A stretch of DNA of 62,925 nt, counting the filler, from Coriobacteriales bacterium (GTDB lineage Bacteria; Actinomycetota; Coriobacteriia; Coriobacteriales; UBA8131), in the NCBI GenBank assembly GCA_031263105.1. It is 5 parts of 5 records of this genome, joined end to end, with 100 filler letters (N's around TTAATTAATTAA, not from the genome) between each part and the next. Parts side by side here need not be neighbours in the genome. Positions count along the whole stretch, not along the records: positions 1 to 19,259 come from JAISGJ010000074.1; 4 more parts are not named here. One strand, 5' to 3'. The position numbers were made by a program, and so were the translations under genes. Within the stretch, counting starts at the first letter, position 1. Each line of letters starts with the position of its first letter. The notes under the pieces were generated by a model that saw only the letters and a list, made by a program, of their open reading frames with translations, was not told the DNA's origin and made no database searches. Below are positions 1-8,819 of the stretch, in pieces.

Positions 1-127
1 GGGGCTCGGAATGGCAGTGGGGGCTCGGAATGGCAGTGGGTGCTCGGAATGGCAGTGGGGGCTCGGAATGGCAGTTTGGGCTCGGAATGGCAGTGGGGGC
101 TCGGGCGACGGCAGTGGGGGTGTGAAC
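1..127. repeat. Tandem array of 19-bp unit GGGGGCTCGGAATGGCAGT, an amplified end of the palindromic repeat family
   Basis: About 6 near-identical head-to-tail units ending in GTGGGGGTGTGAAC, matching the terminus of the elements at 28661-28810 and 60809-61071. Confidence 0.9.
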
Positions 128-274
128 TGCAACCCCGCTCCCGTCCGTCGCGACCGTCGGCAACCTGCCCCGCCCCTGCGGGCCGTTTTCCGGTATAATC
201 CCAAGAAAGCCTAAAACTGTCACGGGCTCTGCTCCGTCGGGGCCCGTTGTTGTCTGTAGTATTGAAAACCGGAA

Positions 275-2149
275 ATGAGGAGTGCTATGAGGACCCTTCA
301 TATCATGGATACGACCATCCGCGACGCGCACCAGAGCCTTTGGGCGACGCGGATGCAGCTCGGTGACATGCTCCCCATCCTGCCCAAGATGGACAAGGTC
401 GGGTACTGGGCGATCGAGGCCTGGGGCGGTGCGACCTTCGACACCTGCCTGCGGTTCCTCGACGAGAACCCTTGGGAGCGCCTGCGCGCCATCAAGAAGC
501 ACTGCCCCAAGACCCCGCTCTCCATGCTCGTGCGCGGACAGAACCTCGTCGGCTACCACCATTACTCGCGCGACATAGTCGACCGCTTCATCAAGGCCTC
601 CCACCGCAACGGCATCGAGGTCTTCCGTGTGTTCGACGCGCTGAACGACATCCGCAACGTCAAGGACTGCGCCGAGGCCATCATCGACGCCGATGCGCAC
701 TTCGAGGGCGCCATTTCCTACACCATGAGCCCCGTCCACACGCTCGACAGCTTCATCGAGTACGGCATGCTGCTCAAGGAGCTGGGCGCGCACTCCATCT
801 GCATCAAGGACATGGCGGGCATGCTCACCCCCTATCGCACGGAGCGCATGGTCAAGGCCTTCCGCGAGCAGATCGGCCTGCCGGTGCACCTGCACTGCCA
901 CTATGTCGGCGGCATGGCGCCTGCCAACTACCTCAAGGCCGCCGAGGCGGGCGCCGCCATCGTGGACACCGCGTCGGCGCCTCTGGCCTTCGGCAACTCG
1001 CAGCCGGCCGTCGAGATGATCGTCGCGGCCCTCAAGGAGAGCGGCTACGACACCGGGCTGAACCTCGATCTGCTGTTCGAGATAGCGCAGTACTGGGAGG
1101 GCGTGCGCAAGCGCGGCCACTACAAGCGCGGCGTCAGCGCCCTTATCCACATGCAGGTCTACAGCCATCAGGTGCCCGGCGGCATGATGAGCAACCTCGT
1201 CAGCCAGCTCGAGATACAGAAGGCGTCCAACCGCCTGCCCGACGTCATGGAGGAGATACCGCGCGTGCGCGCCGAGGTCGGCTACCCGCCGCTCGTCACG
1301 CCGCTCTCGCAGATAGTCGGCACGCAGGCGGTGCTCAACGTGCTCACGGGCAAGCGCTGGAGCGTCGTGTCGACGGAGATGAAGGACTACATCGCGGGCT
1401 CCTACGGCAAGGCGCCCGGCCCGCTCGACAAGGAGATCGTGAAGAAGGTCCTGGGCGACACGGTGCCGCTCGACCCCGACACGCCGCCGAGCTCGCTGGT
1501 GACCACGACCTATGACGAGGTCGCGGCCGAGGCCGGCGATTTGGCCTCCAGCGAGGAGGACGTGATCATGTGGGCGCTGTTCCCCAACGAGGCGCGCACC
1601 TACCTCTCCCGGCATCGCACCTCGGAGAAGACCGCGTTTCTTCTTGCAGAGGAGTCTTCCAACATCAAGGAGGAGCAGAACGTGGACATCAACCAGATCA
1701 AGGAACTGATACGTGTCGTCGAGGACTCCGATGTCGGCGAGGTCACGGTCGAGGAGGCGGGCATGAAGATAACCGTCCGGGCCTCGGGGCAGTCCGGCGA
1801 GCCGTCCGCCTCTGCTGCGGGCGAGCCCCTTGCCGCCGTCAGCACGGTGCCCGACGCCCCCGCCCCTGCCGACCCCGCCCCGGCCTCCGACCGTCCCGGC
1901 ACCTGGGTGCCCGTCACCTCGCCGATGGTCGGCACCTTCTATGCGGCGCCCGCGCCCGATGCCCCGCCCTTCGTCCAGGCAGGCGACGAGGTCACCGCCG
2001 GGCAGACCCTGTGCATCGTCGAGGCGATGAAGCTCATGAACGAGATAAGCTCCGAGCAGATGGGGACCGTCCGCGAGGTCTGCGTCGATAACGCCATGCC
2101 CGTCGAGTACAACACGGTGCTCTTCTACCTCGAACCGACGCTGGACTAG
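275..2149 (+). CDS. Pyruvate carboxylase subunit B / oxaloacetate decarboxylase alpha-type carboxyltransferase fused to a complete AccB-like biotin carboxyl carrier domain
   Basis: DTTIRDAHQSL, EAWGGATFD, IKDMAG, HLHCH, QVPGGM and GYPPLVTPLSQIVG motifs; C-terminal SPMVGTFY and EAMKLMN biotinylation motif; start may be 287. Confidence 0.9.
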   Translation: MRSAMRTLHIMDTTIRDAHQSLWATRMQLGDMLPILPKMDKVGYWAIEAWGGATFDTCLRFLDENPWERLRAIKKHCPKTPLSMLVRGQNLVGYHHYSRDIVDRFIKASHRNGIEVFRVFDALNDIRNVKDCAEAIIDADAHFEGAISYTMSPVHTLDSFIEYGMLLKELGAHSICIKDMAGMLTPYRTERMVKAFREQIGLPVHLHCHYVGGMAPANYLKAAEAGAAIVDTASAPLAFGNSQPAVEMIVAALKESGYDTGLNLDLLFEIAQYWEGVRKRGHYKRGVSALIHMQVYSHQVPGGMMSNLVSQLEIQKASNRLPDVMEEIPRVRAEVGYPPLVTPLSQIVGTQAVLNVLTGKRWSVVSTEMKDYIAGSYGKAPGPLDKEIVKKVLGDTVPLDPDTPPSSLVTTTYDEVAAEAGDLASSEEDVIMWALFPNEARTYLSRHRTSEKTAFLLAEESSNIKEEQNVDINQIKELIRVVEDSDVGEVTVEEAGMKITVRASGQSGEPSASAAGEPLAAVSTVPDAPAPADPAPASDRPGTWVPVTSPMVGTFYAAPAPDAPPFVQAGDEVTAGQTLCIVEAMKLMNEISSEQMGTVREVCVDNAMPVEYNTVLFYLEPTLD

Positions 2150-2224
2150 GGAGACGATGGCCAATGCCTGTGCGCCGGAAGGCGGTATGCAATGAGTAGC
2201 CAGCGCCCCTCTGGCGGTGGCGTC

Positions 2225-3598
2225 ATGTTCGACAAGGTGCTCGTCGCCAACCGGGGAGAGGTCGCCGTGCGCATCGTGCGTGCCCTGCGCGAGCTCGGGG
2301 TGGCAAGCGTCGTCGTGTACTCGGACGCGGACAAGGACACGCTCGCGGTGCGCCTCGCCGACGAGAGCGTCTGCATCGGGCCCGCAAGCCCTGCGCAGTC
2401 CTACCTCTCGATACCCGCCATCATCGGCGCCGCCAACTCCCGTGGCGCGCAGGCGGTCCATCCCGGCTACGGCTTCCTTGCGGAGAACGCGGAGTTCGCC
2501 CGTGCCTGTGCGGCAAACGGCTTGGTGTTCATCGGGCCTACGCCCGAGGCCATAGAGCTGATGGGGGACAAGAACGTCGCGCGCGAGACCATGCGGCGCA
2601 TCGGCGTGCCGACCATCCCCGGCTCAGACGGCGTGCTCGCCAGCGTCGAGGAGGCGGCCCGCTTCGCCGAGGAGGTCTCCTACCCGGTGCTCATCAAGGC
2701 GAGCGCCGGCGGCGGCGGCAAGGGCATGCGCGTCGTCGAGGACGCCGGGCAGCTGGAGGGCGCCTTCCTCGCAGCGCGCGCCGAAGCGGCGGCGGCCTTC
2801 GCCAACGACGCGGTCTATCTCGAGAAGCACCTGCTGCGCCCCCGCCATATCGAGATACAGGTCCTCGCGGACACCCACGGCAATGCCCTGCACCTCTGCG
2901 AGCGCGACTGCTCCATCCAGCGCCGCCACCAGAAGCTGCTGGAGGAGGCCCCGTCCGTCGCCGTCGACGACGCGCTGCGCGAGCGCATGGGGGCCGCTGC
3001 GCTGAAGGCCGTCGCCGAGGTCTCCTACCTCGGGGCGGGCACCATCGAGTTCTTGCTCGACGAGCAGGGCCGCTTCTACTTCATGGAGATGAACACGCGC
3101 ATACAGGTCGAGCATCCCGTCACCGAGGCCGTCACGGGCACCGACCTCGTCAAGGAGCAGATACGCATCGCCGCAGGCGAGCCCATCAGCTTCGCCTCCT
3201 GCCCTCCGACCTCGCCCCACGGCCACGCCATCGAGCTGCGCATCAACGCGGAGGACCCCCTCAACAGCTTTTGGCCGAGTCCCGGCACGGTGACGGCGCT
3301 TGCGCTGCCGGGCGGGCCGGGCGTGCGCGTGGACACGCACCTCTTCGAGGGCTACCGCATCCCTCCGAACTACGACTCGCTCATCGCCAAGCTCATCGTC
3401 TGGGGCGCGACGCGCGAGGAGGCCCTTGCACGCGGGCGCCGTGCCCTCGACGAGCTGGTGATAGAGGGGATACGGACGACGGCCTCCTTCCATCGCAGCG
3501 TGCTCGACGAGGAGGACTTCATCGCGGGGTCGGTCCACACCGACTACATCCCGACGCATGAGGACGCCCTTCTGACGAAAGGACAGGGACATGGATGA
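2225..3598 (+). CDS. accC: Biotin carboxylase
   Basis: MFDKVLVANRGE start; HPGYGFLAEN, GGGGKGMR, ERDCSIQRRHQK, FMEMNTRIQVEHPVTE, YDSLIAKL. Confidence 0.95.
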   Translation: MFDKVLVANRGEVAVRIVRALRELGVASVVVYSDADKDTLAVRLADESVCIGPASPAQSYLSIPAIIGAANSRGAQAVHPGYGFLAENAEFARACAANGLVFIGPTPEAIELMGDKNVARETMRRIGVPTIPGSDGVLASVEEAARFAEEVSYPVLIKASAGGGGKGMRVVEDAGQLEGAFLAARAEAAAAFANDAVYLEKHLLRPRHIEIQVLADTHGNALHLCERDCSIQRRHQKLLEEAPSVAVDDALRERMGAAALKAVAEVSYLGAGTIEFLLDEQGRFYFMEMNTRIQVEHPVTEAVTGTDLVKEQIRIAAGEPISFASCPPTSPHGHAIELRINAEDPLNSFWPSPGTVTALALPGGPGVRVDTHLFEGYRIPPNYDSLIAKLIVWGATREEALARGRRALDELVIEGIRTTASFHRSVLDEEDFIAGSVHTDYIPTHEDALLTKGQGHG

Positions 3599-3944
3599 AA
3601 GACTCGTGAACGAAGGGCTGTCCATCGCGCCGGGCGTGGTCGAGACCATCGTCTCGCTTGCGGCCGAGCAGGTCGACGGCGTCGCGCAGGTCAACGCTCC
3701 CGGGCTCTCTCGCGGCCTCCTTACGGTGCTGGGCAGGAGGCATCCCGGCCAGGGCGTCGTCATCATGGCCGACGAGGACGGCGCCATCACCGTCGCCGTG
3801 CGCGTGCGCGTCTATTACGGCTACCGCCTGCAAGAGGTCGCCGAGCAGATACGCCACGCGGTCGCAGGCACGCTCTCCGGCCAGATAGGCATCGAGGTGG
3901 CGGCCGTCGATGTCTTCGTCGACGGCATCCAGTTCCCCGAGTAG
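3591..3944 (+). CDS. Asp23/Gls24 family envelope stress response protein
   Basis: 117 aa; IAPGVVETIVSLAA..VDGVA and V.YG..L.EVA..I patterns, VDVFVDGI; usual position between accC and nusB. Confidence 0.85.
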   Translation: MDERLVNEGLSIAPGVVETIVSLAAEQVDGVAQVNAPGLSRGLLTVLGRRHPGQGVVIMADEDGAITVAVRVRVYYGYRLQEVAEQIRHAVAGTLSGQIGIEVAAVDVFVDGIQFPE

Positions 3945-3951
3945 CCCGCCC

Positions 3952-4470
3952 ATGTCAAGCCCTCACGGACAGCACCAGGTGCGCAGCGCCGCGCGCAGGA
4001 AGGCCCTCCAGATCCTCTTTCAGAGCGAGATATGCGGGCGTGACCCTGCGGGCATCCTCGACGAGGGCCTGTGCATCGAGGAGGTAGGGGTTCCCTGCGA
4101 GTTCACCCGCCTGCTGTTGGAGGGCGTCACCACGCATGCCGAGCGGATAGACGCGCTCATCGTCCATACCTCCGAGCACTGGTCGCTCAGGCGCATGCCG
4201 CTCGTCGACCGGAGCATACTGCGCCTTGCGACCTTCGAGATGCTGTGCCTGGACGACATCCCCTACAGCGTCTCCATCAACGAGGCCATCGAGCTGGCAA
4301 AGAACTTCGGAGGGGAGGACGAGTCCGCGCGCTTCGTCAACGGGGTGCTCGGCAGGATCGCGGGCAGCCTGGGCGAGCAGGAGGCGGAGAAGGCGCAGGA
4401 CATGGGAGGCGCGGCAGCGACGGGCGGAAAGGCCCGCTCGCGGAGAGAGAAGAGGGCTGCACATGGATGA
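3952..4470 (+). CDS. nusB: Transcription antitermination factor NusB
   Basis: RSAARRKALQILFQ, WSLRRMPLVDRSILRLA, SINEAIELAK, FVNGVL. Confidence 0.95.
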   Translation: MSSPHGQHQVRSAARRKALQILFQSEICGRDPAGILDEGLCIEEVGVPCEFTRLLLEGVTTHAERIDALIVHTSEHWSLRRMPLVDRSILRLATFEMLCLDDIPYSVSINEAIELAKNFGGEDESARFVNGVLGRIAGSLGEQEAEKAQDMGGAAATGGKARSRREKRAAHG

Positions 4471-4639
4471 GCGGAGCTCGTATGCCCATACGCGGCAACG
4501 GCTTGAGGAGATAGTCGCGCAGGTCAAGGCGAAGGACGTCCCGCTGGAGAAGAGCCTCGACCTGTACGAGGAGGCGCTGCGCCTGGGGAGCGCCTGCGCG
4601 GAGACGATCGACCATACCGATTTCTCGGCCGAGGAATGA
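4463..4639 (+). CDS. xseB: Exodeoxyribonuclease VII small subunit
   Basis: 58 aa with RLEEIVAQV..KDVPLEKSLDLYEEALRL pattern; overlaps nusB stop and dxs start. Confidence 0.85.
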   Translation: MDERSSYAHTRQRLEEIVAQVKAKDVPLEKSLDLYEEALRLGSACAETIDHTDFSAEE

Positions 4640-6852
4640 CCTCGCGAGGGGCGACCATGTATGAGAGCATAGCTGCGAACCTGCCCGAGGGCAGCGCTGG
4701 GAGCGGCACTGGGAGCAGCGTCGAGGACGGCGCGGACATACCGGGGAGCAGTGCGGGCGCGCCGGACGCCCTGCCCTGCTCCGCCGAGGTCAGGAGCCTG
4801 GACGTCCCTCGGCTCAACGAGGTGGCGGCGCAGCTCCGCCGCCGCCTTATCGAGGTCACCGCCGTCAACGGCGGCCATCTCGCCTCAAGTCTGGGGGCGG
4901 TCGAGCTCATCCTTGCGCTGCATCGCGTCTACGACTTTCCCACCGACCGCCTGGTGTTCGACGTCGGGCATCAGGCATATGCGCACAAGCTCATAACGGG
5001 GCGGGCGGACGCCTTCGACACCCTGCGCACCTACGGCGGCCTGAGCGGGTTCCCCCGCAGGAAGGAGAGCAGCTTCGACGCCCATGACGCCGGCCATGCC
5101 TCGGACTCGCTTTCCATCGCGCTCGGCCTCGCGCTCGCCCGCGACATAAACGGCAGCACCGAGGACATCGTCGCCCTCATCGGCGACGCGGCGCTTTCGG
5201 GCGGCATGGCCTTCGAGGCCCTCAACCAGACAGGGCAGCTCGGCATCGACATGACCATCCTCTTGAACGACAACGAGATGAGCATCTCGCGCAGCGTCGG
5301 CGCACTCTCGCTCTATCTCGGCAAGGCCCGCACGAGCAGGCCCTACACGGCCCTGCGCGACACCGTCGAGGGCCGCGTCGGCCGCGTCGGCCGCCTCGGC
5401 CGCTTCCTGGTGAGCGCCGGCGAGGCCGCCAAGGGCTCCTTCAAGAAGCTCATGGTCCCCGGCACCCTTTTCGAGGACATGGGCATCACGTACATCGGTC
5501 CCATCGACGGGCACAACATCGAGGCGGTCAGCGAGGCACTGCGCCTCTCGCGGAAGGCGTCCGGCCCCGTCCTCGTCCACGCCGTGACCCAGAAAGGCCA
5601 CGGCTACGCCCCCGCCGAGAGGCAGCCCGAGGCCTTCCACGGCCTCTCCCGCCCCTCCCCTGTGGCTGCGACTTCCGCTGTGTCTCCTACCTCTGCTGCG
5701 GCATCGACATTCCCCTCCGTCGGAGGGGTGCCCCGAAGGGGCGGGGTGGTTCTCCCAGCCGACGACTCCTTAGCGGTTGCAACGGAATCGGATACGGCCT
5801 TAACTGCCCCCGCCCCCGCCCCCTCTCCCAAGCCGACCTACACCTCGGTCTTCTCGCAGGCCCTGCTTGCCGAGGCGCGGCTCGACCCGGACATCGTCGC
5901 CATCACCGCAGCGATGACGGACGGCACCGGCCTCGCGCCCTTCAAGGAGGCCTTCGAGCGGCGCTTCTTCGACGTGGGGATAGCCGAGGAGCACGCGGTC
6001 GCGCTGGCAGGGGGGCTTGCCTTGGGAGGGAAGCTGCCCGTCGTCGCCATCTACTCGACCTTCCTGCAGCGGGCCCTCGACCAGGCCGTCATCGATGTGG
6101 CCCTGCAGGAGCAGCACGTGGTGTTCGCCGTCGACCGCGCGGGCCTTGTCGGCGAGGACGGCTCCACGCACCACGGGCTGTTCGACCTCGCCTATCTCCG
6201 CTCCATCCCCCATATGCGCATCATCGCCCCTGCCGACGCCGCCCAGATGAGGGACGCCCTGCATACCGCCCTTGCCTTGGACGGGCCTGTGGCGCTGCGC
6301 TATCCCCGGGGCGAGCCTGTCGGCGGCACCGCCGACGAGGAGGGGCGCAGGCCCCGGGCGTTGCCGGTGGGACGTGCGACGCGGCTTCGGGAGGGAGGCG
6401 ACCTCAGCATCCTGGCGGTCGGCCGTATGGTCGCCCAGGCCCGTGACGCCGCCGCGCTCCTCGCCACCAAGGGCGTCGAGGCGGCGGTCTACAACATGCT
6501 CTGGGTCAAGCCCATCGACGAGGGCGTCGTCCGTGACGCCGCCCGCGCCCCGCTCGTCGTGACCTTGGAGGAGGGGACCGTCGTCGGCGGCTTCGGCACG
6601 GCGGTGCTCGAGGCGCTTGCGTGCGGCTCCGTCGCAGGCACCTGCCCGCAGACGCGCGTGCTGGTCATGGGGGTCCCGGACAGCTTCGTCGGCCATGGGA
6701 GCGTCGAGCAGCTGTTCGACGAGCTCGGCCTGACGCCGCCACAGATAGCGGAGAGAATACTCCATGCCCTCGGGCCGGAAGGCAGGAGGCGCTCCAGCGG
6801 ACTGGTTTCGGGCGAAGCTGCGACACAGCGCGAGGGCCCCGCACTGCAATGA
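4636..6852 (+). CDS. dxs: 1-deoxy-D-xylulose-5-phosphate synthase with a ~60-aa linker insertion
   Basis: GGHLASSLG, FDVGHQAYAHK, GDAALSGGMAFEALN..NDNEMSI, DVGIAEEHAV, IYSTFLQRALDQ, DRAGLVGEDGSTHHG; start may be 4657. Confidence 0.95.
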   Translation: MTSRGATMYESIAANLPEGSAGSGTGSSVEDGADIPGSSAGAPDALPCSAEVRSLDVPRLNEVAAQLRRRLIEVTAVNGGHLASSLGAVELILALHRVYDFPTDRLVFDVGHQAYAHKLITGRADAFDTLRTYGGLSGFPRRKESSFDAHDAGHASDSLSIALGLALARDINGSTEDIVALIGDAALSGGMAFEALNQTGQLGIDMTILLNDNEMSISRSVGALSLYLGKARTSRPYTALRDTVEGRVGRVGRLGRFLVSAGEAAKGSFKKLMVPGTLFEDMGITYIGPIDGHNIEAVSEALRLSRKASGPVLVHAVTQKGHGYAPAERQPEAFHGLSRPSPVAATSAVSPTSAAASTFPSVGGVPRRGGVVLPADDSLAVATESDTALTAPAPAPSPKPTYTSVFSQALLAEARLDPDIVAITAAMTDGTGLAPFKEAFERRFFDVGIAEEHAVALAGGLALGGKLPVVAIYSTFLQRALDQAVIDVALQEQHVVFAVDRAGLVGEDGSTHHGLFDLAYLRSIPHMRIIAPADAAQMRDALHTALALDGPVALRYPRGEPVGGTADEEGRRPRALPVGRATRLREGGDLSILAVGRMVAQARDAAALLATKGVEAAVYNMLWVKPIDEGVVRDAARAPLVVTLEEGTVVGGFGTAVLEALACGSVAGTCPQTRVLVMGVPDSFVGHGSVEQLFDELGLTPPQIAERILHALGPEGRRRSSGLVSGEAATQREGPALQ
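5712..5749. repeat. REP-like double-hairpin element lying in frame inside dxs
   Basis: CCCCTCC-GTC-GGAGGGG followed by GCCCC-GAA-GGGGC and GGGGTGG. Confidence 0.6.
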
Positions 6853-7745
6853 CCGGCTCATCGTCCCCTTCAAGGCGGAAGGTGCCGCTGGCCGAGCTGC
6901 TGGTCGAGCGCCAGCTGTATGCAACCGTCGAAGCGGCCGAGCGCGCCGTGCTCGCAGGCGACGTGCTGGGCCCAGGCGGCGCACGCAGCCTGGGCGGCGC
7001 AGGCGGCGCACAGAGTGCACGGGGTGCCGACACGGTGCTCACCCGGCCCCGCATGCTGCTCGATTCCGCCTGCGAGCTGCGGCTCAGGCCGCGTCGCCCC
7101 TATGTCTCGCGAGGGGGCGAGAAGCTGGCCGGGGCCCTCGCGTCCTTCTCCTTCGACCCCTGCGGCCTGCGCTGTCTCGATGTCGGCGCCTCGACGGGCG
7201 GCTTCACCGACTGCCTGCTCAAGCAGGGCGCGGCATCGGTCGTCGCCGTGGACGTCGCCTACGGCCAGTTCGCCTGGGCCCTGCGCAACGATGCGCGCGT
7301 CACGCTCGTCGAGCGCACCAACATCCGCGACATCCGCGACGTCGCGGATGCGGCCGTGTGCGCGCCCTTCGACCTCGTGGTGGCGGATCTGAGCTTCACC
7401 CCTGTGCGGACGCTGCTTGCGCACCTCGCCTCCCTGCTCGGGCGCGACGGCGTCCTTGTCGTCCTCGTCAAGCCGCAGTTCGAGCTGCCGCCGGACGAGG
7501 TGGGCGCAGGAGGCGTCGTCACCGACCCTGCCGCCCATGCCCGGGCGCTCGACACGGTGCTCGAGGCGGCGCTGGCGGAGGGCCTTGTGCCGCAGGGCCT
7601 GACCTTCTCGCCCCTCAAAGGGGCCAAGGGCAACATCGAGTTCTTTTTCGAGGCGCGACGGGCTTTGCCGGCGCAACAGGCGGTCGTTCCTGCTACCATT
7701 GACACGCAAGGCGTGATAGCGCGCGCCCACGCACAATTGGATTGA
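6849..7745 (+). CDS. tlyA: TlyA family rRNA methyltransferase
   Basis: YVSRGGEKL, LDVGASTGGFTDCLL, VDVAYGQ, LVKPQFE, SPLKG..GNIEF; ATG overlaps the dxs stop. Confidence 0.92.
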   Translation: MTGSSSPSRRKVPLAELLVERQLYATVEAAERAVLAGDVLGPGGARSLGGAGGAQSARGADTVLTRPRMLLDSACELRLRPRRPYVSRGGEKLAGALASFSFDPCGLRCLDVGASTGGFTDCLLKQGAASVVAVDVAYGQFAWALRNDARVTLVERTNIRDIRDVADAAVCAPFDLVVADLSFTPVRTLLAHLASLLGRDGVLVVLVKPQFELPPDEVGAGGVVTDPAAHARALDTVLEAALAEGLVPQGLTFSPLKGAKGNIEFFFEARRALPAQQAVVPATIDTQGVIARAHAQLD

Positions 7746-7751
7746 GGACCC

Positions 7752-8786
7752 ATGAAGGTACTGCTGTTCACCGGCACGGCACAGGGACTTGCCCCGCCGA
7801 TACTGCAAACGGTCAGCGAATGGCTCGAAGGCCGGGGAATCGGATACCGCATCCTCCTCGACCCCGCCGCCGGGGCCGTGTCTCCTGGCACCACGGCTGC
7901 GGACCCCGCCTCTGCCACCTCCCTCGACGGCTTCGACCTCATATGCAGCTTCGGAGGGGACGGCACGACGCTGCGTGCCGCGCATCTCGTGGGAACCTCG
8001 GGCGTCCCGCTGCTGAGCTACAACTTCGGGCGGCTGGGGTTCTTGTCGGGGGCGGGGAGGGCCGACCTCATCCCCGCCCTTGAGGCCGCCGTGGACGGCA
8101 GGCTGGAGCGCGACGAGCGCACGATGCTCGACGTGAGGGTCGGCTATGCGGACGGGAGCATCGACAGCCGGGTGGCCTTGAACGAGGTCGTCGTCTCCCG
8201 GGGGCACTTCGGGCGCATCGTCGTGCTCGACCTGTCCATCAACAGCAGCTTCATCGACTCGGTGCAAGGCGACGGCGTCCTCGTCGCGACGCCGACCGGC
8301 TCGACGGCGTACTCGCTCTCGGCGGGCGGCCCCATCATCGCGCCGACCCACGAGGGCCTGTGCATCGTCCCCATATCGCCGCACAGCCTCAAGTCCCGTG
8401 CCGTGATAACGGCCAAGGGCGACCGCGTCCGCCTCGAGCCGAACAGCCTCAACCGCCAGCAGCTCGTCCTGTTCATCGACGGCGAGGTGTTCTGGACGAA
8501 CGCGCCCGGCCCCTCCGTCGGCGGCCCCTCCGTCGGCGGCCCCTCCGCCCCCGGACCCTCCGTCGCCAAAGGCGAGGTCACGAGCGTCGAGGTCGCCGTC
8601 TGTGCCGAGAGGCTCGTCTTCCTGCGCTACGGCGCCTACGACTTCTACAGCCATATATCCCAGACCTTCTTCAGGGGCGAGGACCCCTTGCTTGCGGCTG
8701 CGGCCCCGGCATCGGCCCCGGCTGCGGCCCCGGCCCCGGCTGCGGCCCCGGCCCCGGTTGCGGCCTCGGAGGGCAGGGACGCATGA
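7752..8786 (+). CDS. nadK: NAD(+) kinase
   Basis: GGDGTTL, NFGRLGFL, ALNEV, GDGVLVATPTGSTAYSLSAGGPI. Confidence 0.93.
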   Translation: MKVLLFTGTAQGLAPPILQTVSEWLEGRGIGYRILLDPAAGAVSPGTTAADPASATSLDGFDLICSFGGDGTTLRAAHLVGTSGVPLLSYNFGRLGFLSGAGRADLIPALEAAVDGRLERDERTMLDVRVGYADGSIDSRVALNEVVVSRGHFGRIVVLDLSINSSFIDSVQGDGVLVATPTGSTAYSLSAGGPIIAPTHEGLCIVPISPHSLKSRAVITAKGDRVRLEPNSLNRQQLVLFIDGEVFWTNAPGPSVGGPSVGGPSAPGPSVAKGEVTSVEVAVCAERLVFLRYGAYDFYSHISQTFFRGEDPLLAAAAPASAPAAAPAPAAAPAPVAASEGRDA

Positions 8787-8819
8787 GCCCCCTTGTCCAC
8801 GGCCCGGGGAGGAGCGAAG

